A DNA stretch of 32,000 bases. Source: Candidatus Saccharimonadota bacterium (lineage in GTDB: Bacteria; Patescibacteriota; Gracilibacteria; BD1-5; UBA6164). Shown here in pieces: positions 1-10,836 of the stretch; the stretch's first letter is position 1; each line of letters begins with the position of its first letter. A program made the translations under genes and the position numbers. The stretch covers positions 930,001-962,000 of the forward strand of contig OZ245922.1 of NCBI GenBank assembly GCA_965229705.1, read 5' to 3'. The notes beneath the pieces were generated by a model. The model did no database searches. It was not told the DNA's origin and worked only from the letters and a program-made list of their open reading frames with translations.

Positions 1-276
1 ATATTGTGTTGAAAGTGTTTTTTGAGGACGAATCATAAGATATACGATAACCCCTACAGGAGTTGAGATAATCATGAAAATCACACAAAAAAATTGAAAA
101 AAGAAATTACTGCTGCGAGATGAAACATCCTGAGCCACCCATACAATCAGAGAAATCCAAATAACAAAAAAGTAGAGAAGTAAGAACTTGAGAGCAAACT
201 CAAAAGTAAAGAGATCCCAAAGAACCACTGTGTAATACTCTAGAAAGGTATTTATCTGAGATGAGATATTTTCCAT
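1..276 (-). CDS. small membrane protein with PLD-nuclease N-terminal (PLDc_N)-like domain; 3' end lies beyond window start
   Basis: ATG at 276 is preceded by an in-frame TAA. It reads MENISSQINTFLEYYTVVLWDLF...VIWISLIVWVAQDVSSRSSNFFFQFFCVIFMIISTPVGVIVYLMIRPQKTL, with two hydrophobic helices and W-V-A-x-D ... Y-L-x-x-R-P patterns. No TAA/TAG to the window edge. Overlaps the trmD 3' end by 25 nt. Confidence 0.5.
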   Translation of the reverse strand, partial: MENISSQINTFLEYYTVVLWDLFTFEFALKFLLLYFFVIWISLIVWVAQDVSSRSSNFFFQFFCVIFMIISTPVGVIVYLMIRPQKTLSTQY

Positions 277-953
277 TGGTCGATTTTTTTATGATTACCA
301 CTCAAGAGGACTGAAGGAATAGAAAGTCATTCAAAAACTTCTGGTTTAGTATACACAGGATATTCTTTTTGTCGAGAAAACTTTTTTGAAAAACTTTCTT
401 CTTCATGGGATATTTGCTTTCCCAGAACTCAAGGCAACAAACGAGTGATACCATCTATAAAGACTTGAGCTGGAAGTTCTCATCCGGTAAGAATAAAGTC
501 TCATAGTGATATTTGATAATCAACATAGAGATCAATGATTCGTTCATCAATTCATTCGTAGTGACCACATATGACAATGTATTCCGTATTATAGTTTTTC
601 TCCTGCTGAATAAGTGTTGTTTTTCCCTCATTTGAGGTGGAGTATGAAGAAATAAAGCTCTCAAACAGTTCTTGTGACATTTTTTGTCATTGAGGAGTGA
701 AGTATATTGTTGGAACCTTGCCTCGCTGCTGATATATATAGTTGATAGCCTTGGCAAGTGGTTCTGCTCTGAGTACCTGTCAGTGCATTCAGTATGCCTT
801 ATCATCAATATGTCCAGAAGTTTCAGGCGAGAAATCGTTGAGTTTATAGAGTGATAGTTCCAAGAGTCATTTTTTTATTGCGTTTCAGATGATACTTGTT
901 TTTGAGAAACTGCTGAAAGAATCAGGAAATATAGTGATAATATGAAAATGCAT
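252..953 (-). CDS. trmD: tRNA (guanine37-N1)-methyltransferase TrmD
   Basis: The frame is open only if TGA is sense. It reads MHFHIITIFPDSF...DDKAYGMHGQVLRAEP...[51 protein letters not shown]...LLSGNHKKIDQW, with TGA at conserved Gly (e.g. 480..482 in LTGGELPA). Its ATG overlaps the cmk stop (TAATG). 233 aa. Confidence 0.9.
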
Positions 954-1474
954 TATGAAATCTGAGAGATAATATTATTGATGATTTCATCAGGAGATAG
1001 GTACTCAGCATCAATGATGATATCAAAACATGATTCTTGAGGAGGAAATCATATTTTTGGATAAATACGCTTATATCGAGTAATAAGTTCTTGTTCACGA
1101 ATACGATTCTTTTTTTCTATTTCTTGGATATCTCATCATTCTCTTTCTTGGATTCTTGTATAGCGGATTTTTTCATCACATTTGAGATATATTTTGATAC
1201 TGTCACTGATAAAATGCCAGGCAAGACGACTTTCAAAAATAAAATGATTATGAGTTTCTCCATATTCTTTTGTAGACTGATCGAGCTGTATATCAAAGTT
1301 GGTATTATTTTTTCCTATCGTTTTTTCAAACTCATAGACGCTCATTCATGCGTCAGCAGCAAATTGTCTATACATATTTCCCGTGGACATAAATGTGTAT
1401 GAGAGTTTTTCAGCCAGGAGTTTTCAAATAGTTGATGTTCCACTCCCTGCAAGTCAGAAGATGGTTATTTTCAC
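953..1474 (-). CDS. cmk: cytidylate kinase, short (archaeal-like) type
   Basis: GTG start. It reads VKITIFGLAGSGTSTIGKLLAEKLSYTFMSTGNMYRQFAADAGMSVYEFEK...ESRLAWHF...IIIDAEYLSPDEIINNIISQIS. P-loop glycines are encoded by TGA. TAA stop at 953..955. 173 aa. Confidence 0.8.
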
Positions 1475-1569
1475 GAAAATGATTCTAAAAAATATATGAG
1501 AGGATTATAGAGAAAAAATTGGAAAAATATAGATATTTTTAGACTCTGAGAAAAATTCTTAAAAAATAC

Positions 1570-1598
1570 TTGACAATAAAATAAATATATTATATACT
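1570..1598 (+). promoter_or_regulatory. sigma-70-type promoter TTGACA-17 nt-TATACT
   Basis: TTGACA at 1570..1575, exact 17-nt spacer, TATACT at 1593..1598, about 24 nt upstream of the ATG at 1622. Confidence 0.5.
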
Positions 1599-2135
1599 AT
1601 ATATTCTCTAATAAGCTATGTATGAACAATCCATCTTATTCTGGAAATCTTGAAAATTCTCACTCAGAAACAAATAGGTATCCTTCTCGTGAAGAAAGAG
1701 AGCATCAATGGCATATTATTGCTGAGGCTGCAAATGTAGATGAGTCTCAAGTGATTATTACTTCGGATAGTATTACTATAGCGGAAGTATGAACTTTTTG
1801 TTTTAATGATGAAGCAGGGACATATAATTATGCAGAAGCTTTAGAATACAAATATCTTCCTGATATCACCGTATGGGAGAATCTCATAAAGTTTATGACC
1901 GATTGGAATCCTGAACATAAAATAACCTTTCTTAAAGAAGTTATGAATATGAATATCATGTTCAAAAATGATATTTGGAGCTTTTATTGTGCTTCTAATG
2001 CTGATGATGAAAAAAAAAGGAAATGGTGTAGGTATCAATACTTCTTCGAAAGAAATCCGACGAACAACTCTCATGGAGGGGTTTCGTTTTCCTGTGAGGT
2101 TGATGAAGGGATAAAAGATCTATTTTTGATACAAC

Positions 2136-2166
2136 AAAAGAGCGCAGCTTTAGCTGCGCTCTTTTG
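2136..2166. terminator. bidirectional rho-independent terminator hairpin between convergent genes
   Basis: AAAGAGCGCAGC-TTTA-GCTGCGCTCTTT is a perfect 12-bp stem with an A-run on the left and a T-run on the right. It lies 20 nt downstream of the dnaK stop. Confidence 0.7.
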
Positions 2167-2185
2167 CTTTTGGGGAGAATTTTCT

Positions 2186-4078
<1,893 letters not shown>

Positions 4079-4141
4079 AGTATAAAAATTATAAATATAA
4101 AATAACAAGTGTGTAAAAAGGTTTTGTACTACTAGTTAAGA

Positions 4142-4236
4142 AAGCTCTGAAAAACAAAAAATTTCTAATCCTCTCTGGCTCTATCGAGCCATCTCTCCTT
4201 TGTAAAAGGAGAGAAAAAATGAGTTTCTCAGAGCCT
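4142..4236. repeat. structured intergenic module A: inverted arms enclosing two hairpins (possible small repeat element or ncRNA)
   Basis: Arms AAGCTCTGAAAAAC (4142..4155) and GTTTCTCAGAGCCT (4223..4236) are 12/14 complementary. Inside are GGCTC-TATC-GAGCC (4177..4190) and the perfect 10-bp hairpin TCTCTCCTTT-GTA-AAAGGAGAGA (4192..4214). It shares a CTAATCC + pyrimidine-hairpin + TCAGAGC layout with 13511..13660. Confidence 0.4.
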
Positions 4237-4368
4237 CCTTAAGATGTTTGTAGTAATATTTCTTCCCAAGTTGGGAAAATTCCTCTAGAGACAATCCTGA
4301 TAATATACAAGGAAGTTTCGAGGAATTATGTGTATTGTATCAAATAATTTTTCCTCGTCAAAACTTTT

Positions 4369-4395
4369 TTAGCACTTTTTTATGTTAGGTGCTAA
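4369..4395. promoter_or_regulatory. CIRCE-like inverted repeat (HrcA operator)
   Basis: TTAGCACTT-N9-AGGTGCTAA versus the consensus TTAGCACTC-N9-GAGTGCTAA, with an exact 9-nt spacer. It sits in the dnaK upstream intergenic region, 291 nt from the dnaK ATG and 96 nt upstream of the + strand ORF at 4491. Confidence 0.6.
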
Positions 4396-4490
4396 TTTTG
4401 AAGAAAAAATAGTATTTTTCAGGAAAAACATGATTTTTTTGGAGTTGAGAAAAAAGTGTGATATGCTAAAAAAAATAAAAACACAAACAT

Positions 4491-4739
4491 ATGTCAGAAA
4501 ACGAAAAAATATCCCCTGAAAACGATAATAACTCCATGCAATACTCACTATGATGAGAACTAGGAAATCATTTTGAGTCTCAACAAGAAGAGAATCGGGA
4601 CTTGAAAGCTCAGCTGAAAACAACGGTATCTCATCTTGCTCTTATTGCACCTTTTCTCTTTATGTCACCAAATGACCCTGCAAAAATGGTTCAAATGCTG
4701 CTTGAGAAACGTGATCGTGATCTTGGAGAAGAGGAATAA
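4491..4739 (+). CDS. hypothetical small protein (82 aa)
   Basis: ATG to TAA with two consecutive in-frame TGA codons. It reads MSENEKISPENDNNSMQYSLGGELGNHFESQQEENRDLKAQLKTTVSHLALIAPFLFMSPNDPAKMVQMLLEKRDRDLGEEE and is followed by a terminator hairpin. Confidence 0.4.
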
Positions 4740-4744
4740 AACAT

Positions 4745-4776
4745 AAAAAAATAGAACTCTGAGGAGTTCTATTTTA
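4745..4776. terminator. bidirectional terminator hairpin
   Basis: A-run, then ATAGAACTC-TGAG-GAGTTCTAT, then T-run. It lies between the convergent 4491 ORF and rplT, and the rplT TAG stop sits in the right arm. Confidence 0.65.
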
Positions 4777-5113
4777 CAAATGCTACAACTTTCTTAAATA
4801 TTTCGGGGTGAGCAATAGCTATGTTTGAAAGGACTTTTCTATCAAGACCTACTTTCTTTTTATAGAGAAGGTTCATAAAAGTTGAGTAGTTTATTCCTTC
4901 GAGTCTTACAGCATTATTGATTCTGGTTGTCCAGAGTCTTCGAAAGTTTCTTTTTTTGAGTTTTCTTCATATATAGGCATTTGTTCCAGCTTTCATCCAC
5001 GCGTTTTTTGCTCGAGAAAATACGCGGGAATTCAGTTGCCGAAAACCTTTTGTTTCTTTGAGAATTTTTTTATGACGCTTTTTTGTCATTAATGCTCGTT
5101 TTACACGTACCAT
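4769..5113 (-). CDS. rplT: 50S ribosomal protein L20
   Basis: [70 protein letters not shown]...[15 protein letters not shown]; one TGA (Gly); 114 aa. Confidence 0.95.
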
Positions 5114-5169
5114 AATTATTTTTTAAGGAATAGATATTGTAACTAGTAGGGGTATTTCTCTAGAGTATG

Positions 5170-5364
5170 CTATATACTATGAGGAATTTGTCTCTTAATT
5201 TTCTTTACTTCGGACTCTGAAACAATAAGACCATAAGTATTTCTTCCTTTTGCTTTTTTCGATTTGTCAGAGAGAAGATGTCTTTTACATGCTTTTCCAA
5301 GCTTTATTTTTCCAGATCATGTTACTTTGAGTCTTTTCTTTACGCCTTTTCTAGTCTTTAACAT
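5170..5364 (-). CDS. rpmI: 50S ribosomal protein L35
   Basis: MLKTRKGVKKRLKVTGSGKIKLGKACKRHLLSDKSKKAKGRNTYGLIV.... The Gly in VTGSGK is TGA at 5314..5316. 64 aa. Confidence 0.93.
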
Positions 5365-5391
5365 AGTTGTATATTTTTAAATAATATTTTT

Positions 5392-5904
5392 TTATTTCTT
5401 TACTTTGAGGAGAACATGAAAAATATTTCCAGATCGTTTTACCGGGGCGTGAGGAGTGTAATATTCGTCAATACTTTCTATAAAACTCTGTATCTTCTCA
5501 GCTGCTAAGTCACTGTAGTGGTTTTCTCTTCCTCGAAGCATGAGACTCACTTTCAGAGGATTTCACTCTTCTGCAAATTTTTGAGCCTGTTTTTTCTTTA
5601 CCTCGAGGTCGTGATCACCAATCTTGTAGGTAATACGAATAGTTTTCATATCTGGAGACTTTCCTTTTTGTTTCTGTTTTTGGTCTTGTTTTTTCTGTCT
5701 GTAGAGATACTTTCAGTAATCTATTATCTTTACGAGGACAGTATCTCCATTGTTTCACATTTCCATGAGATCTAGCCCTTCTGTCTGTGCACGCTGCATC
5801 GCTTCATCAAAAGACATCTCTCAGAGGTTTCATTCAGTGTCATGAATAACTTGAACCGTATGAGCTCTGATTTCTTCGTTGAGTCTTTTTTTCTTATCCT
5901 TCAT
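5392..5904 (-). CDS. infC: translation initiation factor IF-3
   Basis: MKDKKKRLNEEIRAHTVQVIHDTEGNLGEMSFDEAMQRAQTEGLDLMEMGNNGDTVLVKIIDYGKYLYRQ...MKTIRITYKIGDHDLEVKKKQAQKFAEEGNPLKVSLMLRGRENH...; several TGA = Gly; classic infC-rpmI-rplT order. Confidence 0.93.
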
Positions 5905-5920
5905 TTAGGTGAATAATAAA

Positions 5921-6226
5921 CTAAGCTTTTTCAAGAGATTTTATCATCCCAGCATACTTTGCTTTTTTTCGAGAAGCATTGTTTGGGTGGAGTATATTCT
6001 TTTTTGCAAGTTTATCAATAAGAGATTGGAGACCTGACTTTGTCGTTTTTCCATCTTTATCAGTTGTGTTGATGTAGAGTGTTTTTGCAGTTTTTGCATC
6101 TCCTGCTTTCACTGCCTTCTCAAAAGCAACTCGCGTTTCGGTAAAGAGTCTCTTAAAATGTGTGTTTCGTGCATTTCGTTTTTTGTTTTGACGAAGCTGC
6201 TTTTTTGCTGACTGAATAATCGGCAT
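5921..6226 (-). CDS. rpsT: 30S ribosomal protein S20
   Basis: Intact track ORF with no TGA: MPIIQSAKKQLRQNKKRNARNTHFKRLFTETRVAFEKAVKAGDAKTAKTLY... Confidence 0.93.
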   Translation of the reverse strand: MPIIQSAKKQLRQNKKRNARNTHFKRLFTETRVAFEKAVKAGDAKTAKTLYINTTDKDGKTTKSGLQSLIDKLAKKNILHPNNASRKKAKYAGMIKSLEKA

Positions 6227-6262
6227 TATCAGAATAAATAAGAAGTAAAAATATCTGTATTT

Positions 6263-6298
6263 GTGGCTACTGAGCGACGATACTCAGTATTAAGCCAC
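6263..6298 (-). promoter_or_regulatory. 5' leader stem-loop of rpsT mRNA (candidate autoregulatory structure)
   Basis: Nested stems GTGGCT/AGCCAC and ACTGAG/CTCAGT with an 8-nt loop. The structure starts a few nt downstream of the predicted -10 and lies 37 nt upstream of the rpsT ATG. Confidence 0.35.
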
Positions 6299-6301
6299 GG
6301 G

Positions 6302-6329
6302 ATTATATGAAAAAAGAAAGGTATTGCAA
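6302..6329 (-). promoter_or_regulatory. sigma-70-type promoter TTGCAA-16 nt-TATAAT for rpsT
   Basis: On the minus strand, TTGCAA lies at 6324..6329 and TATAAT at 6302..6307, with a 16-nt spacer. Confidence 0.55.
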
Positions 6330-6392
6330 ATTATTTTTTTAGAAGACTTATCTTAAAAACGAAAACTCCGAAAAAGTCTTTTTTCTCTCGTT

Positions 6393-8726
6393 CTATCGCA
6401 ACTTTCAACCCTTTTTTTCGACATTTGCCACAATCATATCAATAAGACGATTTTTCACAACATCATCAAGCGTCTCAAAAAGTGACTGAATATATACCTT
6501 AAAAGAAAGAGAGCGTTTTCATGGAATTTTGTCTTCAGACTCATATATGTCAAAGAGTTCCACTTTTTTAATAAGAGTGTCAGACTTTTTTATAGCTGTT
6601 ACGATGTCTTTTCCTGAGGTTTCCTTGTGCACTACAAAAGAGAGATCAAAGTTATTTTCTTGATACTGAGAAACTTCCTTTGTTTGTATTTTACTATAAA
6701 GCGCATTTTCTATTTTTTCTAGCTCAATACAAAAAAAACCAACTCTTCCAGATAGAGAGAAGTTTTTTGCAACTTTTGGATGTATTTCTCCTACTTGACC
6801 TATGACTTGTCCTTGCACGAGAATATCGGCACTTCGCGTTCTGTGCGCAAAATCAGGAGGATTTTTTGCAGTGTCAAAACTATAGTTTGATACTCAAAGA
6901 AAGGATAAAAGATCACGAAGTTCAGAGAGTATATCATAATATAGAATATTAGCATTTTTTTCTATAAGGCAAGAAAGCTCATAATACTCTATGGTGTCCT
7001 TTCCGTTTCTTTTAAACACCTTTTCACACTCAAAGATTTTCATATCTTTATACTCTCTTGTATTTTCCTCAAGAGCTTCTAGAAGGTTAGGAATCAGTGA
7101 AGGTCGAAGATGAGTGAGTTCTTCACTTAAAGGATTTTTCATAGCAATACAATCCTTGAGAGATGAGAGTGTTTTCTGCATCTTCTTTTCATCTACAAAA
7201 CTATAGGTATACAGCTCTGTAAAACCTCTGGAAACAAGATGATTCCGAGATCATCGTTTTGCTCTATAGAGAGAAGACTGAGAAATAGCTCAGATATTTA
7301 TACGAGGAATCGTTGATTTTACTGTATCATATCCATCAAGCCTGGCAACCTCTTCAGCGATATCGGCAATAGTTGTGAGGTCTTTTCTCCAAAGAGGGAT
7401 TTGGAGTTTTCCATTAAGTTCTTGTATAAAAATCCTATCAAGAATATCCATGATCTCTTCGTGAGAATATTCTTTTCATATCAGAGAGGTTATTCTATCT
7501 TTTTCAAAAAGTATTTCTTGAGCATATTCGGGTTCAGGATATACATCGCAAAAGGCCTCGAGTTTCATATGAGGGTTATGAATCTCGAGTTCTTTGATAA
7601 TAAGTGAAGGTCCTGTTTCACGGATAGATGATACGAGGTCTTTTTCAAAGACATTGAGTGCATCAGTTCGAATTCATAATCTTTTACCAGTCTTTCGAAC
7701 ACTAGCATGGTTGAACCAGGCAGATTCAATGATGATATTTGTAGTTGTATCACTTACGGCGGAGTGCGTTCATCATATGATTCCTCAAAGAGCTATAACT
7801 CCAGAATCATCAGCTATAACAATATCTGTTTGTTTGAGGGTATATGTTTTTCCATTGAGGGCATGAAATACCTCTTCATTTTTTGCATATCTAATATGAA
7901 TATCTCAGACAAGCTTATCAGCATCAAAACAGTGTGTTGGTTGCCCATAGAGATAAAGAGAATAGTTGGTAATATCAATGAGAAGTCCCTTTGCCTCTAT
8001 ACTGTGAGATATGAGAACATCTTTTATATAACTCGGTGAAGTTATATTCTTTACTCATGAAACCTTGAGTCACATGTAGCGTTTAACATCAAGAGGTATA
8101 TGATTTTGTATACCAAGTTTTGGAAGATCACGAAAATCTCTCCAGCTCATCATATATCCAAGTTTTTTTCATCTAATCGCTTCTATCTCTCTGGCAATAC
8201 CAATATGAGAAAAGAGGTCAGGTCGGTGGTTAATGGCTTTATTATCTATTTCTAAAATAACATCATCAAATCCAAAATATTCGCGAGCGCAAGTATCAAG
8301 AGGCGCATCTTCAGGAAGCTCCATAATACCATCTTGTCTTTGATCTACGAGCCCAAGCTCATCTTCACTACAAAGCATTCCATTACTGGTTTCTCCACGG
8401 ATTTTTGATTTTTGGATTACGAAACTTGGCTTGAGTTCCGCTCCAGGAAGAGCTACAGCAACAATAAGGTCTTTTTTGACATTTGGAGCCCCACAAATAA
8501 TTTGTCTGCTTTCTCACAAGACAAGTACCTGACAGATATTTAGCTTGTCAGCATCAGGATGTTTTGTCACGCTTTGTATTTTTCAAATATATACCTTTTC
8601 AAGATGTTTTCCTATAGTATAGATTTCCTCTACTTCGGCTGTGTGCATGATCAGCATTTGAGCTACTTTTTCAGGAGAAGGGATATCAGGAATATACTTT
8701 TTGAGAACCTTATAAGAGACTTTCAC
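6393..8726 (-). CDS. pheT: phenylalanine--tRNA ligase beta subunit
   Basis: GTG start, reading VKVSYKVLKKYIPDIPSPEKVAQML.... It continues ...KHPDADKLNICQV...IRGETSNGMLCSEDELG...NHRPDLFSHIGIAREI...ALGGIIGG... and ends ...SLSFKVYIQS...EKKGGKLR. It joins track fragments 8169..8378, 6894..7181 and 6519..6818 in one frame. 777 aa. No pheS is adjacent. Confidence 0.93.
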
Positions 8727-8743
8727 GCTATAAATTTATGGAA

Positions 8744-8773
8744 TAAAAAACTGCTTCGTATCTTACGAAGCAG
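8744..8773 (-). terminator. rho-independent terminator downstream of recA
   Basis: CTGCTTCGTA-TCT-TACGAAGCAG is a perfect 10-bp stem, followed on the minus strand by TTTTTTATT. Confidence 0.7.
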
Positions 8774-8834
8774 TCAAGAAATTGCAAGGAGAAGGGAAGA
8801 AGAAAAATATATCGTGTTTCCTGAGGTTTTTATT

Positions 8835-9821
8835 TTACAAACTATTCTTCATCACCTCTTCTATTTCGTGAGCAATTTGTGGATTTTCTGAGAGGAATAT
8901 TTTAGCATTTTCTCTTCCTTGTCCAAGTTTTGTTTCACCATAGCTATAAAAAGCTCATGATTTCTTTATCACTCCACTATGTGCTCCGAGATCAACAATC
9001 TCGCCTACCTTTGATATTCCTTGATTATACATGACATCAAATTCTCCTTCTCGAAATGGAGGAGCTATTTTGTTTTTAATCACTTTTACTCGAACCTTAT
9101 TCCCATGGATTTCTTTATCCATACCTGTTCATGACTCTATCTTTTCTTTGCGACGAATATCAAGTCTCTGAGAAGCGTAAAACTTGAGTGCGTTTCATCA
9201 AGTCGTAGTTTCTGGAGAACCAAACATCACTCAAATCTTCATACGAATCTGATTGATAAAGATGACAGTACACCCTGTCTTGTTTATAGCTCCAGTAATC
9301 TTACGAAGAGCCTGACTCATAAGACGAGCCTGGAGACCCATATGAGAGTCTCCCATATCTCCTTCTATTTCAGCTTTTGGCGTAAGTGCCGCAACAGAGT
9401 CAACGATGATGAGGTCTACAGCTCATGAATTTACAAGTTTTTCCGTAATCTCAAGAGCCTGTTCTCAGTAGTCTGGTTGTGAGATAATCAGTTCTGAAGT
9501 ATTTACCCCTACTTTTTCTGCGTATCTTGGGTCAAGTGCGTGTTCAGCATCAATAAATGCAGCTGTTCCTCATGCTTTTTGCACTTCAGCAATAGCATGG
9601 AGAGTCAGAGTCGTTTTTCCAGAAGATTCTGGACCATATATTTCTACTATACGTCCTTTGGCGTATCATCCTCAAAGAGCAAGATCCAGTGAGAGTGATC
9701 CCGAAGAAGTTGTTGGAACACCAATCTTAGCATCTTCGTCTCAGAGCGTCATAATAGAACCTTTTCCGTATTGCTTCTCGATCATATCGAGAGCTTGCTT
9801 TAGAGCAGCTTTCTTATCCAT
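8835..9821 (-). CDS. recA: recombinase RecA
   Basis: [29 protein letters not shown]...[31 protein letters not shown]...[10 protein letters not shown]...[36 protein letters not shown].... I count 11 in-frame TGA codons, all at conserved Gly (e.g. TGA-TGA at 9195..9200 gives TTGGNALKFY). 328 aa. Confidence 0.97.
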
Positions 9822-9877
9822 AGTTATATGTGGTTAAAAAATGTAAATGTCTCATACTTGAAAGCAAGTATATATTG

Positions 9878-9905
9878 AGTATATATACTGAGTATATTAT
9901 TGCAA
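9878..9905 (-). promoter_or_regulatory. sigma-70-type promoter TTGCAA-16 nt-TATACT upstream of recA, overlapped by a 12-bp perfect palindrome
   Basis: On the minus strand, TTGCAA lies at 9900..9905 and TATACT at 9878..9883. The palindrome AGTATATATACT at 9878..9889 covers the -10. The site is 56 nt upstream of the recA ATG. Confidence 0.5.
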
Positions 9906-9912
9906 ATTTTTT

Positions 9913-10146
9913 TTAAAACTTTTTTCGAAAAAAAGTATCTTTGATCCCTGCATGTGTTCAAATGACTATGTTTTTTGCTCCACAATCATTACAAGTAAAA
10001 TTGTAAGATTTTGGTTTTTCGCGAGTTACTTCAACAATATTTTCACACTCTTTACAATAAAAAGAAACTTCTCACCTTTCGGTTTCAAAAGTTTTCCGCT
10101 TTTCTCAAAAATCTTCTATATTAACAAGGTCTCCAAAGTAGGACAT
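9913..10146 (-). CDS. small zinc-ribbon protein (77 aa)
   Basis: MSYFGDLVNIEDFGEKRKTFETERGEVSFYCKECENIVEVTREKPKSYNFTCNDCGAKNIVIGTHAGIKDTFFRKKF contains two CxxC pairs and 3 TGA = Gly. It lies between the exonuclease gene and recA on the same strand. Confidence 0.55.
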
Positions 10147-10160
10147 TATTGTGATAGTTA

Positions 10161-10772
10161 TTAAAATAAGCTCATAATAGTCTTTTCATGATTTTTTAGA
10201 AGTATTTTTTTTCTTTTATACAACTCAAGAAAGCACTTGAGAGTTGCTTCTACATCTACCATGGCATCATGAGCACCTATAAAATACTCTTCAAAAAGCT
10301 TTTTATAGAGTTCTCAGAGTTTTGGGTATTTATATCGTTCTCATTTTCACATCAGCTGACAAAAATCGACACTCGACTTCATGGTACATATGACTTCTGA
10401 GGGGTTATATAAATGTTGTTTTTCTTGTCGTCTGAGTTCCAAACGAATCATATCCTCGTCATACTCAATATTGTGTCATATCACAATATCCGCTTCTCAA
10501 AGAAAGCTCATAATATCATCGATACTTTCGTCTATACCGGGAGCGTCTTGAACGTCTATATCGTATATATGGTGAACCTGAGACGCTCCATAGGGAATAG
10601 CGATAGGAGGTTTCAGTTTTATGTCTTTTCTTGAGATTTCATTGTAATCTCAAGAAAGGCTCATTTCTCACAAAATACCAGCAAATTGTATAATATAGGG
10701 TTGCTTATCAAGCGCTGTTTCTTTTTTATTTATAAATCCCGTTGTCTCTGTATCAAATACAATAATTTTCAC
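10161..10772 (-). CDS. DEDDh 3'-5' exonuclease (DnaQ/epsilon-like)
   Basis: GTG start, reading VKIIVFDTETTGF...ADIVIGHNIEYDEDMIRLEL...FIGAHDAMVDVEATLKCF (Exo I, II, III motifs). Several TGA = Gly. 203 aa. Confidence 0.85.
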
Positions 10773-10836
10773 GAAACTACATTTTAGCGTAAATAATAAA
10801 AAAATTGTAGTTTTTTCTTGAAGAAAAACAAGAAAA

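Noticed and set aside
455-808. 117-aa TGA-free ORF on the minus strand in the supplied track
   Set aside because: It is the wrong frame of trmD. The neighbouring frame (with TGA = Gly) gives a full TrmD with all hallmark motifs, whereas this frame gives no recognisable protein.
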